Shown: positions 38,484 through 48,040 of the stretch, one piece after another
Layout of the letters: every line of letters starts with the position of its first letter
Position numbering within the stretch: position 1 is the first letter of the stretch
Source: an uncultured virus (IMG/VR IMGVR_UViG_3300025889_000077)
Lineage: Duplodnaviria > Heunggongvirae > Uroviricota > Caudoviricetes
IMG/VR virus record: IMGVR_UViG_3300025889_000077
DNA: 64,000 bases
Strand: one strand, 5' to 3'
The notes under the pieces: model-generated
What the model was told of the DNA's origin: nothing
Databases searched by the model: none
The model's input: the letters and a program-made list of their open reading frames with translations, nothing else
Program-made: the position numbers and the translations under genes

Positions 38484-39187
38484 TATAAACTCGTAGTTGA
38501 TTGAATGCCCTGAACTTTTGTGTAGTATGTTTTAGTCACAGATAACCCGGGAACAAGTTGTCTACACATCAAAGCATCATTAGGCCAAAGGCCGTGTTCT
38601 TTGGCTAAATTCAACATAATACTGCCACCATTTGATGTTATGTAATATGCCGAGTTGCCAGCAAGACCTTGTGGAATATATGAATGATCGATTCTTGGTG
38701 CGGGAATTATTTCCTTATCACCATTATATGTTTGAACAAAATTATTATATGCTGTGGGTATTCGTGTTGCGCCGAACGGGGAGTTCAAACCTATAATAGG
38801 CGCTTTATTTCCTTCTGTAAAGTTTTCTGGTATGTCTTTAATAAAAATCGCATCATGTTCAAAAACGAATATTGGTTTGTTTTCTATAGCAGTTTTTTTC
38901 CACAAAGAATAATGCATGATTGCGCAAGAAATTCTTGAATATGGATTTTTTGTCGGATAAGCAGACTTTTTCAATCCTGTGACAAAATCTTGTTGAGAAC
39001 CAGACCATGGATAATTCCAATGGATGTTCTCTTTCTTCATGAACTGATCGATTTCGGATTTATCTGTGATCGCTTTGAGTTTATGAAGATTAATCCAAGG
39101 CGCAAAATGCTTTATCGATTCTTTTAAATAAGAAACGCCCTGTTCGGAATGTATATTGTTTTCAACATATATTACATATCCATCCAT
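38483..39187 (-). CDS. GT25-like glycosyltransferase
   Basis: SCAIMHYSLW; VFEHDA; GNSAYYIT; WPND. Confidence 0.75.
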   Translation of the reverse strand: MDGYVIYVENNIHSEQGVSYLKESIKHFAPWINLHKLKAITDKSEIDQFMKKENIHWNYPWSGSQQDFVTGLKKSAYPTKNPYSRISCAIMHYSLWKKTAIENKPIFVFEHDAIFIKDIPENFTEGNKAPIIGLNSPFGATRIPTAYNNFVQTYNGDKEIIPAPRIDHSYIPQGLAGNSAYYITSNGGSIMLNLAKEHGLWPNDALMCRQLVPGLSVTKTYYTKVQGIQSTTSL

Positions 39188-39196
39188 AATACGACC

Positions 39197-39769
39197 TCAT
39201 TCTTGGGTACACATAAAGATCAAATGCCCGCTACGCTTTCCAGGTTCGACTTCTACTTTGAAACCTTTATCACGAATCATTTTTATCACCTCTTTGTTTG
39301 TGGCATCAAGCGGATCATATGCTGAAGATTCAGATTGTTGTTCTGAATATTCAATATACAAAATGCCATTTGGTGTTAATTGTTCTGTCCAAACTCGCAA
39401 AGTTTCTTCGGGGTCAATACTATGATCAAATGAATTAGAATAAACAATATCATGTTTACCGATCCACTCATCTTTTTGTTTTGTAAAGTCCCATTGAACA
39501 GTCATAGGAAACTGTTCAGCAGTTTCGGATATTTCAGTACCGATAATCTCAGCATTCGGAAAATGCCCCTGAAAGAACTGTTGTTCTCCTCCATTTCTTG
39601 TGCCATGACAGATTATCGCTTTTGGATCACCATCAAAGTTTTTTCGGAAATGGTCTACAATGCGTTTTACCGTTTCGGGTTTTACATAACGCCAATCAAT
39701 TTTTTTCTTGTTGGCTTCAGTTTGCATTTCGACATAATGGTCGTAATCTCTGTACTTATAAATTTTCAT
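39197..39769 (-). CDS. SAM-dependent methyltransferase-like protein
   Basis: CHGTRNG.E, GTEIS, WDF, DIVYSNSFDH, L.PNGILYIE. Confidence 0.65.
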   Translation of the reverse strand: MKIYKYRDYDHYVEMQTEANKKKIDWRYVKPETVKRIVDHFRKNFDGDPKAIICHGTRNGGEQQFFQGHFPNAEIIGTEISETAEQFPMTVQWDFTKQKDEWIGKHDIVYSNSFDHSIDPEETLRVWTEQLTPNGILYIEYSEQQSESSAYDPLDATNKEVIKMIRDKGFKVEVEPGKRSGHLIFMCTQE

Positions 39770-40329
39770 TCTTTTTCCAATACTGTATAACCAACATTTT
39801 TATTGTTCACTTTATATAGTCTCCACTTCTTACCAGAATTCAAAAACTCTTCAATCGCTTTACCGAGTTCTGGTTTTGAGTGAGTGTCATGCATTACGAT
39901 ATATTTATTAACAAAAGAATAATGTGCATTGAGTTCTTTCTTTAATTGTGAATACACATGCCAAGTATCAATGAATAAAAGATCACAATCTGTCGCCGTT
40001 GCTCTAAACGAACACGAATCATCTTCAATGACCTTGAAATCAATATCATTATCGGTAGCATATTTTTCAAATAGTGCCTTGCATGGACTATAATCTTTGA
40101 GTGATCTATCAATTCCAATAACAGATTTTGGTTTTTGTAAAAGAACTGCCGCAAGAGTCGTTCCTTGTTTTACTCCGAGTTCTTTGTAAGTCTCGCATTT
40201 TTCCATCAAGCGAACAATTTCATCGTGAACCGCGCAATAATCTTCGCCATGATATTCTTCTTGTCGCTTTCTTAGATCGTCATAAAACTCCTGAAGAGTT
40301 TTTGTATGTGTCATATCGGTCGTGAGCAT
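39766..40329 (-). CDS. Methyltransferase (Methyltransf_24-like)
   Basis: ELGVKQGT, GID, LLFIDTWH, IVMHDT; start set by TAATG overlap. Confidence 0.7.
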   Translation of the reverse strand: MLTTDMTHTKTLQEFYDDLRKRQEEYHGEDYCAVHDEIVRLMEKCETYKELGVKQGTTLAAVLLQKPKSVIGIDRSLKDYSPCKALFEKYATDNDIDFKVIEDDSCSFRATATDCDLLFIDTWHVYSQLKKELNAHYSFVNKYIVMHDTHSKPELGKAIEEFLNSGKKWRLYKVNNKNVGYTVLEKE

Positions 40330-41132
40330 TATAGTTTCCATTCTGTTTTGTGTAAATTGGTTATTCGCCATAGTTTGTCGGTATCAAAATCATCTGCACC
40401 AGAAAGTTGAATATGAACAAAATTGGTGTCCTGAGTTCTCAAATCAACAACAGGCCTCGGATTTCCTTGACCGTGATAATGAACAAACGCATTCCATTTC
40501 TGATTCATTTCATCTACAATAAGATTTGACTTGAACATCATAGCGTGAAGATATGGTTGATCACAACCATAAAAAGCACTTAGTCCATTTGTATTTATCA
40601 GGTCTTGATATCTCTTGAACTTGACAAACCCCTTTCGTATTTTATCTACGGATTTCATATTATACAACACTACACCGGAATTGTAAACCTTTAATAATCC
40701 TTTTTCTGTTCTAGGCATATCAACAGCATAAACAGTCTTGATAATTTTTGCCCATTTTTCATCAGCATTATATCCTATGTGATGATTAGGATTTTGTTTT
40801 CTCAATTCTGGTTGATGTGGTTCTGTACAGATTCCTATGTCGCCAGAATATTCTTCAAATATATTTTCTTTAGATTGAAGTACTGTATCTGTTGGAAATA
40901 TGTCAGTATCACAAAAAAGAACTTTATCATATTTCTCAAACTCCGGTTCATAAACGACTTTGAACTGACCGTAATGTGGTGTGTATTTTCCAAGTCCTGA
41001 ACAATATTTGGGATTATGTTCAAAAAGATATTCTGCTCCAATACTATGCGCATATTCGCGCATCGCTGCTTTGCCTGCGCGAATGCCCGATTTTAGTGGT
41101 CCATCCCAGTATTGATATATCAATGTTTTCAT
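40329..41132 (-). CDS. GT-A glycosyltransferase
   Basis: LIYQYW; FCDTDIF; YNSGVV; DQPYL; KWN; FVHI. Confidence 0.75.
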   Translation of the reverse strand: MKTLIYQYWDGPLKSGIRAGKAAMREYAHSIGAEYLFEHNPKYCSGLGKYTPHYGQFKVVYEPEFEKYDKVLFCDTDIFPTDTVLQSKENIFEEYSGDIGICTEPHQPELRKQNPNHHIGYNADEKWAKIIKTVYAVDMPRTEKGLLKVYNSGVVLYNMKSVDKIRKGFVKFKRYQDLINTNGLSAFYGCDQPYLHAMMFKSNLIVDEMNQKWNAFVHYHGQGNPRPVVDLRTQDTNFVHIQLSGADDFDTDKLWRITNLHKTEWKL

Positions 41133-41827
41133 ACTATACCTTCATTCTGCAATCTTTTGAGTGATTGTTCTTTCGTGACTTTATTTCCTTTTGAGTCAGT
41201 CTTTCTCATATGAATCATATATGCGTTTTTAGATTTTGGTAAATAAGAACACCAACACCATTTTTGATCTAGTATATATTCGGGAGAATCTGGAATATTT
41301 GCTTTTCGAGATAGATTGTGCATAATACCTTCGTCTACGAATATTGTACTTCCGATTCGCATAACTTCTTTCACATTCCACTGTTTGCGAAGTCTCTTTC
41401 TCATATCTCTATCAAGTCGCCAGATAGCACCTCCCCAGAAGGCATTTATTTTTGAAGAATATTGCGGAAAAGCATTTCGAAATCTCGCAAAGGCATTCGC
41501 TCTAATATGATCGGAACAAATACCCACACCCGTTTCGTCTTCAAAGATATTCCTAGACAATCCTCTTCTAACAAACATATCAGGATCAATCATCGCAACC
41601 ACATCATATTCGTCAAACTCAGGATTCAACATATGCACTTTATGACAAGCATTGACTTTCTTCAATTGGGATTTGTTGGAAATTGACATAATAGCGCCGA
41701 CTGGTTCTCCAGTAATTAATCTATACTCAGCACCACAATATGAAGCATATTGTTTCATGTTTTCCATAGACGCTTTTGCCAAATCGGACAGTTGGCCATT
41801 ATAATGTTGTAGTAGTATGTTTTTCAC
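41129..41827 (-). CDS. GT-A glycosyltransferase
   Basis: YA..CGAEY; MIDPDMF; DEGIMH; MIH. Confidence 0.7.
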   Translation of the reverse strand: MKNILLQHYNGQLSDLAKASMENMKQYASYCGAEYRLITGEPVGAIMSISNKSQLKKVNACHKVHMLNPEFDEYDVVAMIDPDMFVRRGLSRNIFEDETGVGICSDHIRANAFARFRNAFPQYSSKINAFWGGAIWRLDRDMRKRLRKQWNVKEVMRIGSTIFVDEGIMHNLSRKANIPDSPEYILDQKWCWCSYLPKSKNAYMIHMRKTDSKGNKVTKEQSLKRLQNEGIV

Positions 41828-42522
41828 TTGTCCAATGCCCAGTAATTTTTTGTCGGTCCGGTATCAAAATCGTATCCCCAAGTATCAATATCAATCTTGT
41901 ACCAATCTGCTACCATCTGAATAGTTTTTGGTGTATATACATCACGATAAGAACCTTTGTTCAAATCGGTGACATTTCTTGCTCTTGACATTTTCGGTAT
42001 TTCGAAATACTTACACACATCATCATTGTAATTCTCAAATCGAAGAATGTCGCACCGAATAGTGTCTTTGTTGTCTGTCACATATTCGTATGCGGGTTGC
42101 CATCCTCGAATTGCCCGGTGATGCATGAATGGTTGATTATACCACAAATCTCGTTCCGACAGGAAATGTTCAAATGAATCGATACGATGTTTTCCAACAG
42201 GTTCTTTCTTTTCAACTTCAATCACTTTCTTCGCAAAGAAATAACGAGAAACCACACGATCCCATGGATTGCGAATAATCGCAAATGCTGTATAATGATT
42301 TCTGTAAGAAGGTTTTATATGTTTCCAAGGTGTGTGTTCATTCCCATGATGATCTCCAATTTCTTTCATTCTTTGATGAAGACCTTTTGTGTATTCAGGC
42401 GATTCATGTAGTTCTGGAGTACAGGCAATAATCTTGTTTTGTAGAAGAGGAGATTTGCGAATTGTCATCCCTCCATTTTTTGGTATATGTATAAAGATTT
42501 TTGCGTTCCAATCATATATCAT
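41824..42522 (-). CDS. Sulfotransferase family 2 protein
   Basis: FIHIPKNGG.TI; IIRNPWDRVVSRY; LRFEN; W...DID.WGY. Confidence 0.8.
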   Translation of the reverse strand: MIYDWNAKIFIHIPKNGGMTIRKSPLLQNKIIACTPELHESPEYTKGLHQRMKEIGDHHGNEHTPWKHIKPSYRNHYTAFAIIRNPWDRVVSRYFFAKKVIEVEKKEPVGKHRIDSFEHFLSERDLWYNQPFMHHRAIRGWQPAYEYVTDNKDTIRCDILRFENYNDDVCKYFEIPKMSRARNVTDLNKGSYRDVYTPKTIQMVADWYKIDIDTWGYDFDTGPTKNYWALDK

Positions 42523-42523
42523 A

Positions 42524-43312
42524 TTAATCCTTTTTTTCTAAAAATTTTATGTCGAGTGGTTTTTTGTCTTCTTCAATCATATGTTCCGCATTTACTTGAA
42601 GATATGAGTTCACAAAACCGTGATGATTTTTATGACCAACATAAGGTTGTGATAAAACTTGATACCATCCAAATTCTGCTGCTCTTAATCTCTTTTCTTC
42701 ATGCAACTTGTATACTTCTTTTGTATCTATATTGGCAGCATTGTGTATTATAAGTTGATCAATCATGTAATCTTTCATGCGTTTGTCACTTTCGGGCGAA
42801 TCATAAAACTCATTGAACTTGGATCTTTTCGTTACTGCAAATCCATGTGCGTAACCTGTCTGATATGCGTCTTCTACATAAGGCAAAAAATTTGCCTTTC
42901 GATGTATAAAACTATCAAATCGCATTCTCACAATAACATCATATTTCATTTCTATTTTGTCAAGAAGAAAACAATGTATCAAATGCTGTTTTGTGTGATG
43001 AGAAGTCCATTCACGAAACCATGGTTTACTTCCAAATTGTTTGATCTTTTTTTTGAAATTTTCTGATAGATGATATTCTTTTGGAACATCTGTGTATGGA
43101 TGATAATGAATTTTCGGTTCATTAAAATAATGGCATTCTTCTTCTGGATAATATGTATCGAATAGTTTTCTATTCTTTTCATTATCCCAAGTCGCATAAT
43201 AAAAGTCAGCCTCAGAAAACATAGACTTGTTGACTTCTATAATACGAGTCATCAACTCAGGAAATTTTGGATTTGGTTTCATAATCCCAGATATTAAAAC
43301 TGCCACTTTCAT
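42524..43312 (-). CDS. Glycan-biosynthesis-associated protein (putative GT)
   Basis: MKVAVLISG; ADFYYATW; YDVIVRMRFD; start set by ATGA overlap. Confidence 0.5.
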   Translation of the reverse strand: MKVAVLISGIMKPNPKFPELMTRIIEVNKSMFSEADFYYATWDNEKNRKLFDTYYPEEECHYFNEPKIHYHPYTDVPKEYHLSENFKKKIKQFGSKPWFREWTSHHTKQHLIHCFLLDKIEMKYDVIVRMRFDSFIHRKANFLPYVEDAYQTGYAHGFAVTKRSKFNEFYDSPESDKRMKDYMIDQLIIHNAANIDTKEVYKLHEEKRLRAAEFGWYQVLSQPYVGHKNHHGFVNSYLQVNAEHMIEEDKKPLDIKFLEKKD

Positions 43313-44046
43313 TTTTTTGTGCCTTGAACAAATATCCATTCTTTGTGACTACAACCAGGACCAGTAGGCCTGTGATCAATCAATATGTCGGTGAATCCAA
43401 TCTTTTCTAGGTCATCAATAATCTGACGGTCTTCTGTCACACTTACATCATGCATACCATTTGTTGTTTTGGCGTTAACGTCATTATCATAATAACCCGC
43501 AGTCATGATTACATGTGACTTAGCATACACATTAAAGTTATGACTACTCGTATCTCGACCACCAAAGGCCATTTGAAAACAAATATGACCATTCGGTTTG
43601 AGTACCCGATAAGCGTCTTCAAAAATGGAGTAACGAATATCATAACACGCAATATGTTGTAAACATATCACACTGAACCAAACATCATAAGACTCATTCT
43701 CAACAGGTGTACTTTTACCGTCACACACATATAAATTACTCTCTGTGATATCTGCATTTTTTAGATTTATCTTGGCGTTCTCAATATTTTTTTCACCAAT
43801 ATCAACACCATCAATTCTTTTAAAACGGTGATTGAATTTGATGATGTTTCTTCCAGGGCCTGTACCATAATCTAATGCTATAAGATTTTTGGTATCAAAA
43901 TTTTTAAATAAAAACTCATCATAGTCAGACCATTTATTGTGTTTATCATAACCACCGACTACAGGATTTCTATTTTTTAAACTCCATCTCTTGGCTTCAC
44001 TTTCATAATGTTTAAATTGCATTTTTAGATATTGAGATAAATTCAT
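43309..44046 (-). CDS. Class I SAM-dependent methyltransferase
   Basis: ALDYGTGPGR; GVDI; SVICLQHI; RVLKPNG. Confidence 0.85.
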   Translation of the reverse strand: MNLSQYLKMQFKHYESEAKRWSLKNRNPVVGGYDKHNKWSDYDEFLFKNFDTKNLIALDYGTGPGRNIIKFNHRFKRIDGVDIGEKNIENAKINLKNADITESNLYVCDGKSTPVENESYDVWFSVICLQHIACYDIRYSIFEDAYRVLKPNGHICFQMAFGGRDTSSHNFNVYAKSHVIMTAGYYDNDVNAKTTNGMHDVSVTEDRQIIDDLEKIGFTDILIDHRPTGPGCSHKEWIFVQGTKK

Positions 44047-45395
44047 GAATATGATACCTTGTTTTTGATGAAGTGTTCCAAATCTTCAGGTGTTCCTAGC
44101 CCCCACATACTTTTCGCCTCATCTATTCTTATGATTTTCCCGTCTTGAATTGCTTGATTGTATACGGGACAAACATAAAATTCGTTATTCACGCGAATGT
44201 TCTTTGCTATCATTTGTTCAGCATATTTTACAAAATCTGATCCACGTTTCCAATAATAATATCCTACTGTTGCGTTGTTGGATATAGGATTCTTCTCAGC
44301 AACTTCTGTTGCGATATTTCGTTCGTCTATTTTCACAAACGACCATTTAGGATGTGTTGCCTTAAAGGTGACAATACCCCCATCCGCATTTGTCTCCTGC
44401 ATACGATACATAAATTCCAAAGGATTCCAGTCTACCCACTGGTCGCTGTTCGCAAAGAATAGTGGTTTGTCGTTTTCGATATATTCTTTTGCGAGAAGAG
44501 CAGTACAAGCGGCTCCTTCTGTAATACCATCAACTTCGATGATCTTACATTTGGGAGCAATCAGATTGAGCATTGTGTCTAGATTGTATTTTTCTCTGTG
44601 TTGTTTTTGAACGACAAAATGAAAGTTTGCTTCAAGACCAATGTTTTCTACGACAACTTGGATCATTGGTTTACCATTCACTTCAATAAGAGGTTTGGGA
44701 AAAGTATAACCTGCTTTTTCAAAACGAGAACCAGCGCCCGCCATAGGTATCAACACATTTAGATTATCGTCTTTCCATTTTTTATTCATTTCACCACCCT
44801 TTAGTTCAGTAATTATTCTATCTATACAAACTTCGTATGGATTTTCTACGCGAATATAATGCGCTTTTGATCTTTGTGCTGCTAATAGACCGGGAGGACT
44901 ATCTTCAACAATAAGCGTGTTTTCGGGAAGAACATTCATCATTGACATTGCTTTCCAGTACATTTCTGGATGAGGTTTTGAGTTCTTTACATCTTCGTTT
45001 GAAAGAACAACACTACAATGCTGAATAAGATTTGCTGCCGATAGTGCAGTCAGAACTGTTCTTCGTATAGAGTTGGAACACACACCTATCTTATATCCAT
45101 TATTTTCCAGATATTGAAAAAGTTCGTTTATTGCAGGAATGGGTTCCAACTCACCGAGTTTTTTCATTGTAATGGTTTGCTTCTTCTCCCATATTTGTTG
45201 ATGTTCTTCTGTTGGTAATCCTTTGCGAACAGATAACATATTCAGTTTTTCAGTTGTTTTTCTTCCATCATATATATTCACATGTTCTTCTTCGGTAATG
45301 GCATATTTGCCTAGAGCTTCATTAAGTGCTTCATAATGTATCTTTTTTGCGTCAATGAGAACACCATCTAAATCAAAAAGAACAAGAGATATCAT
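44043..45395 (-). CDS. HAD phosphatase fused to a sugar-phosphate nucleotidyltransferase-like domain
   Basis: N-terminal FDLDGVL, CSNS, KPHP, IVEDS; C-terminal IPMAGAGSRF...PKPLI, ANSD, AEK, GLGTPEDL. Confidence 0.85.
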   Translation of the reverse strand: MISLVLFDLDGVLIDAKKIHYEALNEALGKYAITEEEHVNIYDGRKTTEKLNMLSVRKGLPTEEHQQIWEKKQTITMKKLGELEPIPAINELFQYLENNGYKIGVCSNSIRRTVLTALSAANLIQHCSVVLSNEDVKNSKPHPEMYWKAMSMMNVLPENTLIVEDSPPGLLAAQRSKAHYIRVENPYEVCIDRIITELKGGEMNKKWKDDNLNVLIPMAGAGSRFEKAGYTFPKPLIEVNGKPMIQVVVENIGLEANFHFVVQKQHREKYNLDTMLNLIAPKCKIIEVDGITEGAACTALLAKEYIENDKPLFFANSDQWVDWNPLEFMYRMQETNADGGIVTFKATHPKWSFVKIDERNIATEVAEKNPISNNATVGYYYWKRGSDFVKYAEQMIAKNIRVNNEFYVCPVYNQAIQDGKIIRIDEAKSMWGLGTPEDLEHFIKNKVSYS

Positions 45396-46174
45396 GCATT
45401 TATATCCTTCATCAACTGTTCTACATTCTCACCTTGATTTGGCAATTTATCTTTTAGAAAGAAATGCACAAAATGACAATGTTCAATTTTACGATTTGCT
45501 GAGTACAGACCATTCCATTTCCAATGCATTCTATTTATCTTCATTTTTTCTTTGCGAATCCACCAGTTCAGTAGTGTTTGATCTGTTGACCATTTCCATG
45601 TACCAACACCATCAATGAAATTCTTGAACTCTGGTCTTTCGAGAAACTGTTTTGGTGTCTGGCCGCGAAGATATTTTACGATTGATTTATTCATCAGCAT
45701 GAGACCCATATTCATAAACTCATAACCAAGATGATTTGGGTCAAAGTCTACTTTGGGATGAAGTCTTCCATATTGCATTTGAGAATAATTCAGTATCTTC
45801 GCTTTATACTGATTCGTGATTGGCATATCTCGTTCTACAACAGCACCAAAATTCGCTTCGGAACCAAATGCTTCAAATATATCTGGTGCCGTATCACGAA
45901 TGAAAATATCAGCATCAATGATTGCTATCTGGTCATAACGATCAAAATAGTTGAATGCGTTTTCTTTTTCGTAAATAGGAAGAGGCAGAGGTCGGGAAAC
46001 GCATTCCTGACTTCTGCCTGTATTAAAAGGATCTGGTCGAATAACTAGAATTGGTTTTGTCTGTACTATATGATCGATATCGAATTTTATACAATATCTT
46101 TTCACAGACTCAATACAATGTTTGTATAATTTAGAAGGTTTCCCTACGGAAACTTGATAGATCATTCTCTTCAT
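45392..46174 (-). CDS. GT-A glycosyltransferase
   Basis: MIYQV; IIDADIF; NMGLM; TDQTLLN; KWN; FVHF. Confidence 0.75.
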   Translation of the reverse strand: MKRMIYQVSVGKPSKLYKHCIESVKRYCIKFDIDHIVQTKPILVIRPDPFNTGRSQECVSRPLPLPIYEKENAFNYFDRYDQIAIIDADIFIRDTAPDIFEAFGSEANFGAVVERDMPITNQYKAKILNYSQMQYGRLHPKVDFDPNHLGYEFMNMGLMLMNKSIVKYLRGQTPKQFLERPEFKNFIDGVGTWKWSTDQTLLNWWIRKEKMKINRMHWKWNGLYSANRKIEHCHFVHFFLKDKLPNQGENVEQLMKDINA

Positions 46175-46183
46175 AATAAACTT

Positions 46184-46525
46184 TCATTTTTCGTATTCTT
46201 CGATTACAGTCTTTCTATCTGGATCACCATTTTGACGAACACTACCTAATTTACTTTCAAAACTTGTTTCTGAGAACTTCGTGCTAGTGCTATTTACATA
46301 CAAACCAAACCAAGCAGCACCTGCACCAACAATAACAGATACAAGACCTGCTTGTTCCATAGATGGAGCATCCAATGCCATAAACCATGTGACAACTTCA
46401 TACAATAGATACAAATACATCGTAATAAATGCTCTAGGAAATAGTCTCCAACGACTAAAGTATTCGGGAGCATACCACCAGAACTTTGAAAATCCGTTCA
46501 TGATTCGCCTCGTTATTTTTCTCAT
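46184..46525 (-). CDS. Small membrane protein (2 TM; holin-like candidate)
   Basis: Hydrophobic WRLFPRAFITMYLYLLY and GLVSVIVGAGAAWFGLY segments. Confidence 0.55.
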   Translation of the reverse strand: MRKITRRIMNGFSKFWWYAPEYFSRWRLFPRAFITMYLYLLYEVVTWFMALDAPSMEQAGLVSVIVGAGAAWFGLYVNSTSTKFSETSFESKLGSVRQNGDPDRKTVIEEYEK

Positions 46526-46540
46526 AACAAAAACGCCTCA

Positions 46541-46750
46541 CTATGACTGTTCAAGTATTGTTTTGGCTATACTCAATGCTTCTTCGTAGTTTTCTTTAAA
46601 TCGATTGCTCTTATGTCCATTATGTACAAACCATCTTAGACTATTTATATCACCTTCAATAATATGTTCAGGTACATTCAAATCTTTAACCAATTCTGAA
46701 AATTCAAATCGTTTATTCAGTAAATCAAAAATAGAATTCGATTTGTCCAT
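46541..46750 (-). CDS. Hypothetical protein
   Basis: In operon. Confidence 0.55.
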   Translation of the reverse strand: MDKSNSIFDLLNKRFEFSELVKDLNVPEHIIEGDINSLRWFVHNGHKSNRFKENYEEALSIAKTILEQS

Positions 46751-47081
46751 TATTCACCTGCTCCATAATAATTTTATCCGTACAAAACGAATCTAAACAA
46801 TGTTTTCTCGTATACCAATATACCCAAGCATCTAGGCAATGGTTTTTATTCACTGAAAAAAGTTTAGGAAATATCTTATTCAAAACTTTTCCGGAATAAT
46901 AGAATACACCATCAATCAACCAGACAAGATTTAACCTTTTTGATCTTTTCCATTCGTAATTTCTTGCTGAGAATGTTTGGTTCATGTTACCAAAAGAGAT
47001 AACATTGATCAATATTGAAACCGTCAATAAAACATCATAAAAGTATTTTATAATTCTAGTTGATATTTTCAGAGTATTCAT
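46725..47081 (-). CDS. Hypothetical membrane-associated protein
   Basis: NQTFSARNY...IDGVF...HC motif. Confidence 0.55.
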   Translation of the reverse strand: MNTLKISTRIIKYFYDVLLTVSILINVISFGNMNQTFSARNYEWKRSKRLNLVWLIDGVFYYSGKVLNKIFPKLFSVNKNHCLDAWVYWYTRKHCLDSFCTDKIIMEQVNNGQIEFYF

Positions 47082-47235
47082 CTTCTACATTTTCCGTATA
47101 ATAAGTTGGTCTGATCTTGTACTTATTATATTTAGTATCTTCTGCATTTTTAATTCTTTTTTCTTTGTTTTCCGAGAGATACTTGTTACGATTACTTTTA
47201 CGATTTTCGGGATTACGTTTGCCATACTTAGCCAT
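47056..47235 (-). CDS. 59-aa basic protein, not in ORF track
   Basis: MAKYGKRNPENRKSNRNKYL..., AGGA RBS. Confidence 0.5.
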   Translation of the reverse strand: MAKYGKRNPENRKSNRNKYLSENKEKRIKNAEDTKYNKYKIRPTYYTENVEDEYSENIN

Positions 47236-47236
47236 G

Positions 47237-47470
47237 TCAAGTCCTAATTGTATTTCCTCTTCCTGAGCCTTTTTTGATTCTTCCTAGTAAGTCTTTAAAA
47301 CCTGATGGTGTTTTAGAATGTACACCTCCAACACCCGAAACGATTCCGGGCGATGATAGTTTTTGTATTAAATCGGGATCTTCGGATAGAATAATTTGAA
47401 GTTCAGGATATGTACACTGAACCTCAAACTCTTCTTTTGTTGATCGATTTTTAATCGTGTATAATGGCAT
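47237..47470 (-). CDS. FmdB-like small regulatory protein
   Basis: MPLYTIKN..T.EEFE; GFKDLL.RIKKG. Confidence 0.6.
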   Translation of the reverse strand: MPLYTIKNRSTKEEFEVQCTYPELQIILSEDPDLIQKLSSPGIVSGVGGVHSKTPSGFKDLLGRIKKGSGRGNTIRT

Positions 47471-47588
47471 TACAAATTTACCTTAATTTCACAAATAATT
47501 TATCCAATGTGTACAATTATCATGGGGATCGTCATTCCAGTGAATATCAAGATAATCAATGGATTTTAAATCCACTTAATTTATGTGT

Positions 47589-47681
47589 TTATACTCCGTA
47601 TGTCATGACAACATATACTAAAACGCCGCCTGCTACAAACCAAGCATATTTGTTTTCCCAAAGTGCTTTAATGTTATCCAT
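47589..47681 (-). CDS. 30-aa single-TM peptide, not in ORF track
   Basis: AAGGAG RBS; MDNIKALWENKYAWFVAGGVLVYVVMTYGV. Confidence 0.5.
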   Translation of the reverse strand: MDNIKALWENKYAWFVAGGVLVYVVMTYGV

Positions 47682-47692
47682 GTGTTTTCTCC

Positions 47693-47884
47693 TTATTTTA
47701 GTAAGATATTAAGGGCTTCGAGTTCTTCCCTGAGTACAAAATCATTAGGTAGATTTACAGTATTACCAGCAACAATATTTGTGGCAATCGTTTTCAAATC
47801 ATCCTTTTTAAAATCTGTGTGCTTACTTAAACTCTTAATAACTTCAGATTTATTTATATTTCCTCTGTATCCAATCACTAACAT
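47693..47884 (-). CDS. Hypothetical protein
   Basis: AGGA RBS. Confidence 0.55.
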   Translation of the reverse strand: MLVIGYRGNINKSEVIKSLSKHTDFKKDDLKTIATNIVAGNTVNLPNDFVLREELEALNILLK

Positions 47885-47908
47885 TTTCCTATAACCTTGT
47901 AAATAAAA

Positions 47909-48040
47909 ATCGGGGCGAGTTCATCCTTTAGCGTCACTGTCCGGACAGAGTGGATATAACGAGTTATCGCGCCCCGATGCTAATTCGACTTTTGACCTTC
48001 GGACGAACTATGCGCCGTTCCCAGTCATAGTGTCGAATTA
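47909..48040 (-). ncRNA. Candidate structured RNA: two tandem multi-stem elements downstream of gp32
   Basis: 9-bp closing stems TAATTCGAC/GTCGAATTA and ATCGGGGCG/CGCCCCGAT with internal hairpins; U-run after the second. Confidence 0.45.

Noticed and set aside
47909..47978. tRNA or tmRNA gene
   Set aside because: Starts with GGGGCG but has no T-loop (TTCRA), no proper D or anticodon arms and no CCA on either strand.
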